Part shown: positions 56,701 through 63,603 of the stretch, piece by piece
Numbering within the stretch: position 1 is the first letter of the stretch
Layout of the letters: each line of letters starts with the position of its first letter
Origin: an uncultured virus (IMG/VR IMGVR_UViG_3300027573_000022)
Taxonomy: Duplodnaviria > Heunggongvirae > Uroviricota > Caudoviricetes
Direction: 5' to 3' (one strand)
Length of the DNA stretch: 64,000 bases
IMG/VR virus record: IMGVR_UViG_3300027573_000022
Notes under the pieces: generated by a model
Seen by the model: the letters and a program-made list of their open reading frames with translations, nothing else
Told to the model about the DNA's origin: nothing
Database searches by the model: none
Position numbers and translations under genes: made by a program

Positions 56701-57620
56701 TGGTTCCACCACGAGGCCGACCGTTGCTCGAGGCCCTCGATCTTCTCGGACAGGGTGAACGACTTCGTGCCCGCCTCGTCGAGGAGCACGAAGGTGTTGG
56801 GGAAGGGAACGCCCGCCGCTCTGTAGACGGAGCCGGAGGCGATTTCGTTCTGTGCGTGGTCGAGGCTCTTGGTCGGCTTGAGCAGGTACGTCTTACCGGT
56901 CTCCGGATCCCTGTGCCAGGTGCCACCCTGGGAGCCGAGCGGCCCCGGAACCTTGGGCCAGGACCGCACCTCATCCGCGGAGCGGGCGGGTGCACCCGTG
57001 GCCTCCTGCGTCGCCTGATCCCCGTCGTCGTCACCCGAGGTGAACTTGCCGTCCGACCCGCGCGGGTGATCCTCCTCGTTGAAGAGTTCCTGGATCTCAC
57101 GGGCGCGTGCACGCTGGGCGGACAGGGGGACGGGAACACCCTCATCCATGAGGAGGGGAACGGCGATCGTCACGGCCCGCGTGGAGGGAGGGATCTGCTC
57201 GAGGGAACGGCGCATCGCCGTGGGGCGTGGGTACTCGCCCAGGGTGACGTGGGGCTCGTACGTGGGGAAGCGGTCGGGAGGGAGGGTCACGCCGCGTCGG
57301 GTGAGACGCGCGAGGAAGTCGTCACGCACACTTGTAAGAAGGGTTCGCTCGGGCTCCGGGATCAGGCTGACGACGCAGGCATCGGGATCCTCGGGAGGGC
57401 CGAACACCCGGGTCGTCGGGGCGACCTCCGTGTGGATGAACGAGCCGTCCTGGCTGGGGAAGACGGTGCGGGACGCCTCCTCCGCGATGATCTTGGCGTC
57501 CGCGGGTGTGGCGTCGTCCCCCACGTAGAGGAGTGTAACGTGAGGTGGGTAGTCGAGGGTATCCCCGTCGTAGGCGTCGGTGATGGGCCCGGACACGGGC
57601 ATGACGACGCACAGGGCCAT
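50763..57620 (-). CDS. Giant multi-domain protein: 2H phosphoesterase, PI3/4K- or HipA-like kinase, helical repeats, VIP2-like ADP-ribosyltransferase
   Basis: HVTL twice; YLLK...NE...DALL.HWD..G...DN...RIESGG; YRG...STS...EQE.LLPRG. Confidence 0.85.
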   Translation of the reverse strand: MALCVVMPVSGPITDAYDGDTLDYPPHVTLLYVGDDATPADAKIIAEEASRTVFPSQDGSFIHTEVAPTTRVFGPPEDPDACVVSLIPEPERTLLTSVRDDFLARLTRRGVTLPPDRFPTYEPHVTLGEYPRPTAMRRSLEQIPPSTRAVTIAVPLLMDEGVPVPLSAQRARAREIQELFNEEDHPRGSDGKFTSGDDDGDQATQEATGAPARSADEVRSWPKVPGPLGSQGGTWHRDPETGKTYLLKPTKSLDHAQNEIASGSVYRAAGVPFPNTFVLLDEAGTKSFTLSEKIEGLEQRSASWWNQHPEVQAEAAKNFGVDALLSHWDVHGLNADNTLVTPDGIPVRIESGGAMAYRAMGDPKDSFAPGKPWVEPQSMRTSEQGKAMYGQMTDKAAAASLMRAALIDLDDVRASWRDAGISDLTSQKWADTLRERQEQIPSLVTKLLEEPFALRTSPARAQRIIALVAAACHMPAGTPDGGQFVPCDTPGAVDESGQTPAIQTADADAAAQQAAANPGAGPIKSLLNSGPTKSQAVAYALNKLKNTPEGAKSVASAVNYGKQTVYAYPGSKFKELVVTPNPDGKGHLYELVPHGKLSTTLEPHAAVQEATSTEQMADTLAGKVADASYAAAAEAAALAASPTPSVPDASEKTLSYATDKTAFIQGVLADSKAGLIPPAAAAGLMTLLAYGAPQGELAAVATGQASFSANTWEFVAAQVADGTLSLEAASTLVGEQFKLAGVDLGAITSAQYFSTNLSNVLASLTPDAPPYATGVLNGPASGIITATVVPSEAQTPTLSAHTYAMAGESVYSLLIVSEDNGTISTAAGGGYGQLVSEDADALFTPLAIAAVVNDEATFNQDQWNQVAVMLADGEISENRVIAMFADQYFGGSTLEAGEWLANFGGTLVQALPDAAESVMNGDMGHFPPAPWDPSVPAEFPGTPEPSIMPTGTSPEAAALGSFTAFTGYLDDKFGAGSSVNDAYSVLSTNLGTVPIAQVLLGEREFTPKEWATIKEMYVNGSLTVVEGMSILADRYPPTDPTVLIDMAASGLNTWTELEEFAQATHNELGPGAAGGYPNASFYVTDDPGNMAFFEQVQEAMTFGAIPVGTAGGFQKLWDLANDPDAPAPEPLAVAAAWTGEAMFNLEQWDTIDEMRMGGILTDDEVAGLLAYQLAGGQEAPEGYIASNADAFVEQLEAGLTPSSIVLEAQANAETPIPPEFDAGAGLPGQTPLELQSVGPIDFTPPAPKDFYAGPTKAAGGLTALTYDHLIANSAGNKILTDALESAKHGAMISPVAWSMLHGALQSDLIDYDQVASILNHQNVQGYEDTYTSVEQTLEQLAFASEPAQDAGQNFPSTGVTFAPPSAEAQELASDITKLSVAVSGKYGFLQDGYAALLDPSSGIPPVVIAAAVLGESKFNGNATLKMLTAYEQGKLTPQTLAAVISDQHKLTASERVAVYEILAAGFDDYDKVGSFNEALAKAAEIATDAGNMPPTFGAKPPGVGDDKVPGPLAKAASAAYTTVATEYTTDKSVVEALKGGALTTQGWAAVHNALVDGKITSGQANDIVHHQLGGATIVPNLDVQSVLFDLQHSIYPMGAVLPPMQAGVSQAQAALNTTSNAAGDLQAKLDAHDVSPWTNYKNAVETQAASLDLYAPDVASALETLGTHHSGAATLATGGTMNDEQFIKTMDTLIHSSELHTQDVIALTALQYGVASGQVWANAGLDPNDPNPLDNLDKLNLMQATASQSFTTNALGGKVYGDPKSGIVEDWNPKTGVGKFPTYAVKPTSEARQLIAQVKKGAATTEWHGKDANGFPTSKFQVGNTVLTLNAAGAVVEKLSELDRNGATKIWQAPPPMQMNVDYQALGNTKMMSSEDFLKFTPPPTPAPQPAPSPVPVVGQQVSKEGAGVMPKPGSYQTKDAFGKSLKAGSREYKRLALLNQNIGNAKFVKHVNGPLTDADRKAIESAKYGTSKAPDIAVSGYSRYVMHDGVLTILKGINPHGQETTRVVYTFGEKNYQTSGWSKVVVSDEQKVALAQQTTATGKTIAPQITPIPQGGVFLGDQPTNNATVPRAQGHSAVEAWGNKAFGTAGGKPRYTASEWSALYKYGDGHYSTVNGALRSAKGDLSKVTTGNSMIQSLDSALMRQRTPEAVVTYRGGLGSYEQKIREMPVGSIMRDQGYQSTSIGGGWGSHGLQMRIEVPAGTPAAWKPGNAHPGEQELLLPRGTILVKTGEVFQENGQWVAPMKLVAIQADVLDVQEALGLQGGTVVGAAAMLRRLLEEVRAA

Positions 57621-57629
57621 GGGACGATC

Positions 57630-58643
57630 CTAATCGTCGGTGATGATCCTGAAGACGTCCGGGTGGTAGCGCTCGAGGGTCATCAGGTCGGCCTCGTAAC
57701 GGTCCGGGTCTGGGCGGGGAGGGTCGGTGGCCCGGGTGTACTTGGCGAGTGCTGTGTTCAGGGAGAAGTAGTCCTCGGCCTCGGGAGGTTGGGCGACGCG
57801 GGGGAAGAAGACGTGTGTGATGTAGCGAATCGCACGCTCGTAGGGCCAGCTTGAGTTGCGCAGGTTCACCGCGCAGCTAAAGGCCGCCTCGTCGCGGCGC
57901 CCGGGTGGAACGTGATCGGGTGGGTCGTGCACCGGGAAGTTCGTGAGGTCACCGTGGGACGTCGCGTCGTCGGGTGCGAGGTCGGTGAGGGTGGAGCGAA
58001 GGTAGAGGAGGGTGTCGAGGGTAAAGGGAGCGGAGGAGGCGTCGTACGACACCTCCGTGTACGTGCCCTCACCGTCTGGGGGACGGATGACGGAGGGTGG
58101 GGTGACGACGTACGCGCCCCGCAGCTGAAGGTCCGCGCCCGGGATCCGTAGGGTTCGGAGGTGCTCACTGGATGTATCACTTGCGAGCGTAAGTGATACG
58201 TAAACGTGTAGGCCACCCGAGGGAGTCGTCACCGCGCGGCGAATGAAGTTGGATGCACGGAGGCGGTCAACGATCTCCATCACGCGCGGGTAGGTGGAGA
58301 TGGGAGAGCCGATGGGCGGGGGGTCAACGTCGAGGACGGCGAGTCGGGAGACGGGACCGGTCTCCACGCCAACGTTCGCGTTGAGGTGGGTGAGTGAGTC
58401 GGCGGCGTCGCTCACGGCCATGAGTTGGGCAACGTCACCCCGGGTGAAGAGTGTCTGAAAGGTCCGGGTGCCGGGTGGGGGGAGGGGACCCGCGAAGCTG
58501 GCACCCGCGAGGAGGAGCTCTTGGCGCGCCTCGGGAGGGAGGCGGGTACTGGCCGCGCCCGGGAGTAGGGGGCGCTTGCCACCCGGGCGCAGGGCGACGG
58601 TGTGCCAGCGCTCCGCGACGTGGAGGAGGAGCTCGGACTTCAC
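57630..58643 (-). CDS. Bifunctional DNA primase/polymerase (Prim-Pol)
   Basis: PGGKRP, NVGV.TG...VLDVD, TPSGGLHVY, YVVTPPS. Confidence 0.85.
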   Translation of the reverse strand: MKSELLLHVAERWHTVALRPGGKRPLLPGAASTRLPPEARQELLLAGASFAGPLPPPGTRTFQTLFTRGDVAQLMAVSDAADSLTHLNANVGVETGPVSRLAVLDVDPPPIGSPISTYPRVMEIVDRLRASNFIRRAVTTPSGGLHVYVSLTLASDTSSEHLRTLRIPGADLQLRGAYVVTPPSVIRPPDGEGTYTEVSYDASSAPFTLDTLLYLRSTLTDLAPDDATSHGDLTNFPVHDPPDHVPPGRRDEAAFSCAVNLRNSSWPYERAIRYITHVFFPRVAQPPEAEDYFSLNTALAKYTRATDPPRPDPDRYEADLMTLERYHPDVFRIITDD

Positions 58644-58885
58644 ATTAGGTACCCCGCGTCAATGAGGATCGTGCGAAGCGCCGTGAACGCCTCAGCTTCC
58701 GTCTCGTAGCGTTCACCGATGTACTCGTGGTTGGGCCCCTCCTGGGTGTCGTAGGATGCGTGAAGAGAGCAGACGCAGAGAAAGTAACTCGTCTTACGAG
58801 GCGGCGCGGGAACGTATGACGAAACGCTGAAGTGAAGGCCGTTGGGTGTGATGTACCCCTTGGTCGTACGAATGGGATTGGGCAT
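58640..58885 (-). CDS. Hypothetical protein
   Basis: GAGGAG RBS before ATG 58885; coupled to Prim-Pol. Confidence 0.55.
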   Translation of the reverse strand: MPNPIRTTKGYITPNGLHFSVSSYVPAPPRKTSYFLCVCSLHASYDTQEGPNHEYIGERYETEAEAFTALRTILIDAGYLM

Positions 58886-58886
58886 C

Positions 58887-60731
58887 TTACTCCTCGGGGT
58901 TGAAGTGATCGTGAACGGTGGGAACGCGACCGGTCTGGGTGAAGTGCTGCACGGCACGGGTCCAGAGCTCGCGTTCCTCCTCGCGCCGCGCAGCCTCCTG
59001 GGTGTCGAGGTCGGTGTAGTAGAGCTCGGCGAGCTCGTCCCACTTGAGGAGTGCGAGGTTGATGTACTCTTGAACACCCCGACGCTGCTCATCGGTGAAG
59101 ACGTCCTCGGGGATCGGACTAATCGCGTCGGGGTGAATGACCGCGCAGCGTCGGGTGGAAAGCCTAACGGCCTCGTTGGTGTCCGTAGAGCGTATGACGG
59201 GGCGTCGTCCCACCGGAAAGCGATCCTTGGGAATGTGACGAAGCATGGCTTCCTGCGTGAAGGTGGGCAAGCCAGCCTCATCCTCACCGCCGTGAGGCAC
59301 GCGCCAGGCAAGGTACGCCTCGTAGATCTGGGTGACCGGGGTCTCGGTGGACGACTCGGTGAGGCAGTCGCGAATGAAGAAGCCGAGTGGGATCTCCCGC
59401 AGAAGGTGTGCCTCCGTCTGACGTTGCACAGTCTTAGGTGCGATGAGGACCCGGGTTCCTCGCTGGGTTGCCTTGAGGTAGCGGATGGCTTGCTCCTCGT
59501 GCCAGCGGCAGATGTCTGCGGCGTGGAGGCGAAGAAGGCGGTTCTTGAAGTCGGGATCGGTCTCGTGGTCTTGGAGTGTGTTCGGCATCTCGATCACGTA
59601 GAGGCGACGTTGAGCGGCGCGGGTGTCGCCCTGCCCCTTGAAGCCGATGGGATGGTTGGTGGCGACCCAGGGAGTCACGTTGGAGTAGATGCGTTCTTCG
59701 TTTCCGTACATACGGCGAAAGGTGACTTGCTCACCCTCGGTTACCGCCTTCATGACCTCCTCGTTGAGGAGTGCGTTGGCGGGAAGTTCCTCCGCGTTCG
59801 TCGCGGCACGCTTTCCTACGACGGCGGGCATGTAGGTGCGGTGCTCAGACTCGTTTCGCCCGGGTGCACTGGCGAAGAACCGCGCATCGACCTCGGCGCC
59901 GTACTCACCGATCGCCTGAATGGAGACCTTCGTGAGGGTGGACTTGCCGTTGGCGCCGTGGCCGTACAGCTGGATGAGCTGGGAATCCTTGGTGTCACGA
60001 CCGAGAAGGTTGGTCCCGAGCTTGAGGCTGATGAAGTCACGTACCTCGGGGTCGGGAATGAAACGCTCGAGGAGGTCGGTGGTGAACATCGGAATGGGAC
60101 GTTGAGGGTCGGTGGAGGATCGAAGGTGGCCCGTGGTGGCGCGAAGGTAGTGGTGGGGTTGGGGAGGGCCGAGGTCTGTGGGGCCGTCCGGGGAGAGAGC
60201 AACGAGGGCATCGAGGTAGGCGACCTGGGTGGGATCGTCGTGAACGGAGAAGTACTCATCGGCCGAGCCGGTGACGTAGATCTGCTGGTGATGCGCGGCG
60301 AGTTGGGTGACGAGAAAGGGTTCGGCGAAGTTCTTGATGATCTGACTTATGGAGGAAACGAACCGCGTTCGGCCCGAGGCGGTGCGGGCTACATCGATAA
60401 GGCTGGTGGCCGTTCCACCGTCGCCTCGGGCCAAATGCTCACGTGCTTCACGTAGGAGAAGCTCGGGAAGGTGCTGGGTAATCGTCGTCTGGAGGGCCTC
60501 GGGATCGAGGCGCCAAATGCCGTCGTCGTGGCAGTGCCAGACCTGCACCGTGTTCTTGGAGTCAACGAAGCGGCGGAGTCGATGGCCGTAGGCGTAGGCA
60601 ACGCGGGTGGCGTGTGCGCGCTCTGTGAGGAGGTCGGGGTTGGTGTAGGCGTCGAACCACCAGGTGCCTTGGAGGGCAAGTGGAGAGGGAAAGGCATCGA
60701 GGGTGGTAGGTCGGAAGTTGGACGAGGGCAT
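58887..60731 (-). CDS. D5/P4-like SF3 primase-associated helicase
   Basis: LYGHGANGKST, EE...MKAVTEGE...RRMY, ATNH, RRL.VI; ATG 60731 follows a promoter. Confidence 0.88.
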   Translation of the reverse strand: MPSSNFRPTTLDAFPSPLALQGTWWFDAYTNPDLLTERAHATRVAYAYGHRLRRFVDSKNTVQVWHCHDDGIWRLDPEALQTTITQHLPELLLREAREHLARGDGGTATSLIDVARTASGRTRFVSSISQIIKNFAEPFLVTQLAAHHQQIYVTGSADEYFSVHDDPTQVAYLDALVALSPDGPTDLGPPQPHHYLRATTGHLRSSTDPQRPIPMFTTDLLERFIPDPEVRDFISLKLGTNLLGRDTKDSQLIQLYGHGANGKSTLTKVSIQAIGEYGAEVDARFFASAPGRNESEHRTYMPAVVGKRAATNAEELPANALLNEEVMKAVTEGEQVTFRRMYGNEERIYSNVTPWVATNHPIGFKGQGDTRAAQRRLYVIEMPNTLQDHETDPDFKNRLLRLHAADICRWHEEQAIRYLKATQRGTRVLIAPKTVQRQTEAHLLREIPLGFFIRDCLTESSTETPVTQIYEAYLAWRVPHGGEDEAGLPTFTQEAMLRHIPKDRFPVGRRPVIRSTDTNEAVRLSTRRCAVIHPDAISPIPEDVFTDEQRRGVQEYINLALLKWDELAELYYTDLDTQEAARREEERELWTRAVQHFTQTGRVPTVHDHFNPEE

Positions 60732-60737
60732 GGAGTG

Positions 60738-60767
60738 ATCGTAGCCCGTGGTAGGATGATGTGTCAA
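60738..60767 (-). promoter_or_regulatory. Promoter TTGACA-18-TACGAT for a leaderless helicase mRNA
   Basis: Read directly; -10 box 6 nt from ATG 60731. Confidence 0.7.
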
Positions 60768-61429
60768 GGACTGAGGGTGTTGAATCTTTATGTACGGTGA
60801 AGAGGAGGGTAAGATACAAATGGGGGTGACACGGGAGGGGCGTGGAAGCGATGGACACGTGGTCTAACTCTGTCGTTACAACGCTGTAACCTCTCTCGCG
60901 TAGCTCCTGTAGAGCCTGAGTATAGAAAGTCGTGTCACTCGCTTCCACGTGGTTGAGTCTAGGGAGTTTGAGGGATATGATATAGTCTGTGCATGGAGAG
61001 TGAGCGGAGAATCTGGGTGCCACGTTCGCGTGACTTGGAAAGTGAGGCGCTGCGTGAGGTACTGGGTAGGGCGAAGATGGAAGGAGAGGGTGTTTGGGTG
61101 GAGGTTGGGCGAACCTCGTCGGACACGGGGAGCTTCCAAAGGGCCAGAAAGTATAATGGGAGCTTCGTCTGCGGAGGGAGAGCGGAGTATGAGTTTGGGG
61201 CCTCGCGGGAGGAGAATGGGGGAGGAGGAAGTGTGCTGTGGGTGAGGTGGCTGGGCCCGGGAGGAGGAGGGGTGAGGTCGGAAGACCTCGTCTCGTTGGG
61301 CGGACGAGGGAGCGATTCGTAGGGGGAGATGTGACCGCGGGCCGGTCCGATGTGTGTGCCGGACTTTGGCTTTACCTTCCGGGCCTGGGGGTGATCGAGG
61401 GAAAGACGTTGGTGTGGGGGCGTGTCTGC

Positions 61430-61454
61430 GACGGCGACACTTCGTGTCGCCGTC
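61430..61454. repeat. Perfect 11-bp inverted repeat
   Basis: GACGGCGACAC-TTC-GTGTCGCCGTC. Confidence 0.85.
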
Positions 61455-61901
61455 ACGCCGCCGTGGGGTGTGACACGTGCTGGCGTCACAGTGGGCGCCG
61501 TGGGAATGGGCGTGGGTTCATCGAGCACGACACGAAGGTGGACCGGGGGCGAATGTATGTGGGGTTGGCTCTGCTTCCGCGCGCGGTGGAGGTCCTAGGT
61601 GCATGTGAGGCACCTCCCGAGGCGGTGTGGAGTGTTCACGCACTCCTGGATGTGTGGGAGGCGATGGGCAGGTGTACCTCGCGCACCTCATCAGGTGCGG
61701 AGAGGGGCCTGGTGCGTGTGAGAAGGCTTCAACCCCAGCTGGAGCAGATGAACTTCCCGGGCCAGGTGGTGAGGAGGGGGATTCGCCGGGGCGAACCCTC
61801 CAGTCGGGAGGTGGTGAGGGCGGTGCACGCCACGCTCCTGGCGGCGCGCCTCCTCGGCGGGGTGTCGGAGGACGCGGAAGGCGTGTGATACAGTCACTCC
61901 C

Positions 61902-62282
61902 ATGAGTGACGGTGACGACGGATTCTGCGTGACGTGCCACCAGCCCTCCACACTGTGCGAGGGGCATCGCCTGCAGCACGAGGCTGAGGGTGTGCCGGAT
62001 GAAGCTGAGCAACGCGCCCTCTTTGAGGCGAACAGGGCGCGCCTTGCGGCGCTGTCCGCGCGGGGCTTTACGTTCAACATGCAGAGTGAGCTGATGGAAG
62101 AACTCGTATGTGCATTGTTTGGTGCAGTTGGAACTGCACCACGCGTCGTGTGGCAGCTGCAGTGGGAGCGAAAGGTAGCCGCTCGTCTGGACACCGCCGA
62201 GCAGACGGCCGCGCAGATCGAGGCGCAGCGTATGCAGCAGGCGATGCAGCAGAGGTTGCAGCTGCCCGGGCAGGGGAGGTGA
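61902..62282 (+). CDS. Hypothetical protein
   Basis: TGATACAGT 7 nt before ATG; CxxC N-terminus; Gln-rich C-terminus. Confidence 0.65.
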   Translation: MSDGDDGFCVTCHQPSTLCEGHRLQHEAEGVPDEAEQRALFEANRARLAALSARGFTFNMQSELMEELVCALFGAVGTAPRVVWQLQWERKVAARLDTAEQTAAQIEAQRMQQAMQQRLQLPGQGR

Positions 62283-62347
62283 GGGTGTGAAGAGACTGTG
62301 GAGAAGGCTGTTCCCAAGCTGGTGGGTGAGGTGGCTGGACGAGGTGT

Positions 62348-62653
62348 ATGGACCTCAGTGACTGCATCGGAAGGCTGGGGTACGGGGCGACGAGGTGGGA
62401 GCGTGAAGACCTGTGCACACGTGAGGTGTGTCCCTTCTTCACGGAGTGCAGCGATCGCCTGTACGACTTCCTCGTGCAGCATCCCAAGGTGAAGACACTC
62501 GAGGTGAGTGCGAAGTTGGGAGGTGTGTGCTGTGACTTCCACGCGCACATGCACGCGATGGAGCAGATGAGTGCACGCGTCATCGCCGCCAACGCCCTGG
62601 CCGGGGTGCGGGACCGGAGGCGCGTCGCAGAAACACACCCCTCCGATGGGTGA
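62348..62653 (+). CDS. Hypothetical Cys-rich protein
   Basis: GAGGTG RBS before ATG. Confidence 0.55.
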   Translation: MDLSDCIGRLGYGATRWEREDLCTREVCPFFTECSDRLYDFLVQHPKVKTLEVSAKLGGVCCDFHAHMHAMEQMSARVIAANALAGVRDRRRVAETHPSDG

Positions 62654-62725
62654 GGCTTCCGGGGGGTTGCGCTGCCCTCCCATTTTCCGGGAGCTGCTTC
62701 GGCATCACTTTATAACACGCACATC

Positions 62726-63292
62726 ATGAAGCACCGTCGCGTTCCCGGTCCCAACGATCCCGCTCCCCTCGTTCCCCCGTCACACCCCGCACTCACCCGC
62801 ACCGCCCGCCGCATCTTCACATCCGAGCTTCCCGACCCCGTCACGGGCACCCCCGACTACATGATCAGCCGCATGCGCGCACTCCTCGCCCTTCTCAACT
62901 CCCCCACACCCAGGCTCCGCGACCCCCGCTTTCCCGCGGGTGCCTACGCGCTGGCCGCCCCGCAGTGCGGCTGGGACTGGGCAGTCATCGTTCTCGCCGA
63001 CGGGGATGTGTGGCTGGACCCAACCCTCACACACGTCTCATCCACACTCTCCGAACCCACCCCAGAGCAGTGTCTCTCCTACCCCGGCCGCACCTTCACG
63101 ACGCGCTCCCCCGCCTCCGTCTCCCTCACCGCCTACGACGAGGCCCACAACCTTCTCGAGTTTGACCTCGGCGGTCTGCACGCCCGCATCGCACTCCACG
63201 AGCTCGCCCACCTTCAAGGCCTCACCCTCGCCAACCCCGGCAACCCCCGCCTCTGGCCTCCGCCCCTCCCTTCTCCCTCCTCCCCCCTATGA
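62726..63292 (+). CDS. def: Peptide deformylase-like protein
   Basis: ALAAPQCG, EQCLS, HELAHL, the three PDF motifs in divergent form. Confidence 0.8.
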   Translation: MKHRRVPGPNDPAPLVPPSHPALTRTARRIFTSELPDPVTGTPDYMISRMRALLALLNSPTPRLRDPRFPAGAYALAAPQCGWDWAVIVLADGDVWLDPTLTHVSSTLSEPTPEQCLSYPGRTFTTRSPASVSLTAYDEAHNLLEFDLGGLHARIALHELAHLQGLTLANPGNPRLWPPPLPSPSSPL

Positions 63293-63585
63293 CGAACAGT
63301 GACAAGCGCTTCCCCGGTCAGTCCCCTCCCCCTCCCTCCCCCGCCGAACAGTGCGCAGACTTCAACACCGAACCTCCACCCCTCGTCACGCCCTATCCCA
63401 TCCCATCACACCTCGCCCTTCCCCCGACCCGCCTCACCCAACCCTGTCTCGTCACGTACCCGTGCGGGCTGCAGCTCTTCTTTCCCAACACCCCCACTCG
63501 CACGGAGATAACCCAGTCCCCCGAGCACACACTTCACCACCACCCGCCCTCCCCTGCCCCTGCCCCTGCCCCTGCTCCAGACTAA
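63289..63585 (+). CDS. Hypothetical Pro-rich protein
   Basis: ATGA coupling to def; low complexity. Confidence 0.35.
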   Translation: MTNSDKRFPGQSPPPPSPAEQCADFNTEPPPLVTPYPIPSHLALPPTRLTQPCLVTYPCGLQLFFPNTPTRTEITQSPEHTLHHHPPSPAPAPAPAPD

Positions 63586-63603
63586 GATGACCCCATCACC
63601 CAC

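Noticed and set aside
50763..57620. Giant ORF as tape measure protein
   Set aside because: It carries enzyme motifs and Pro-rich linkers and lies beside terL rather than tail genes.
52845..57854. Long plus-strand ORFs (424 aa and 408 aa)
   Set aside because: Antisense shadows of the giant gene and of Prim-Pol.
58842..60455. 537-aa plus-strand ORF
   Set aside because: Antisense shadow of the motif-bearing SF3 helicase; no recognisable motifs, and such shadows are common in high-GC DNA.
60562..61888. Overlapping ORFs on both strands in the divergence region
   Set aside because: Low-complexity, skew-driven translations without motifs; a plus-strand gene from about 61553 to 61888 is possible but unsupported.
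63551..63574. (CCCCTG)x4 tandem repeat
   Set aside because: Short low-complexity repeat encoding PAPAPAPA in a C-rich region; no evidence of a separate function.
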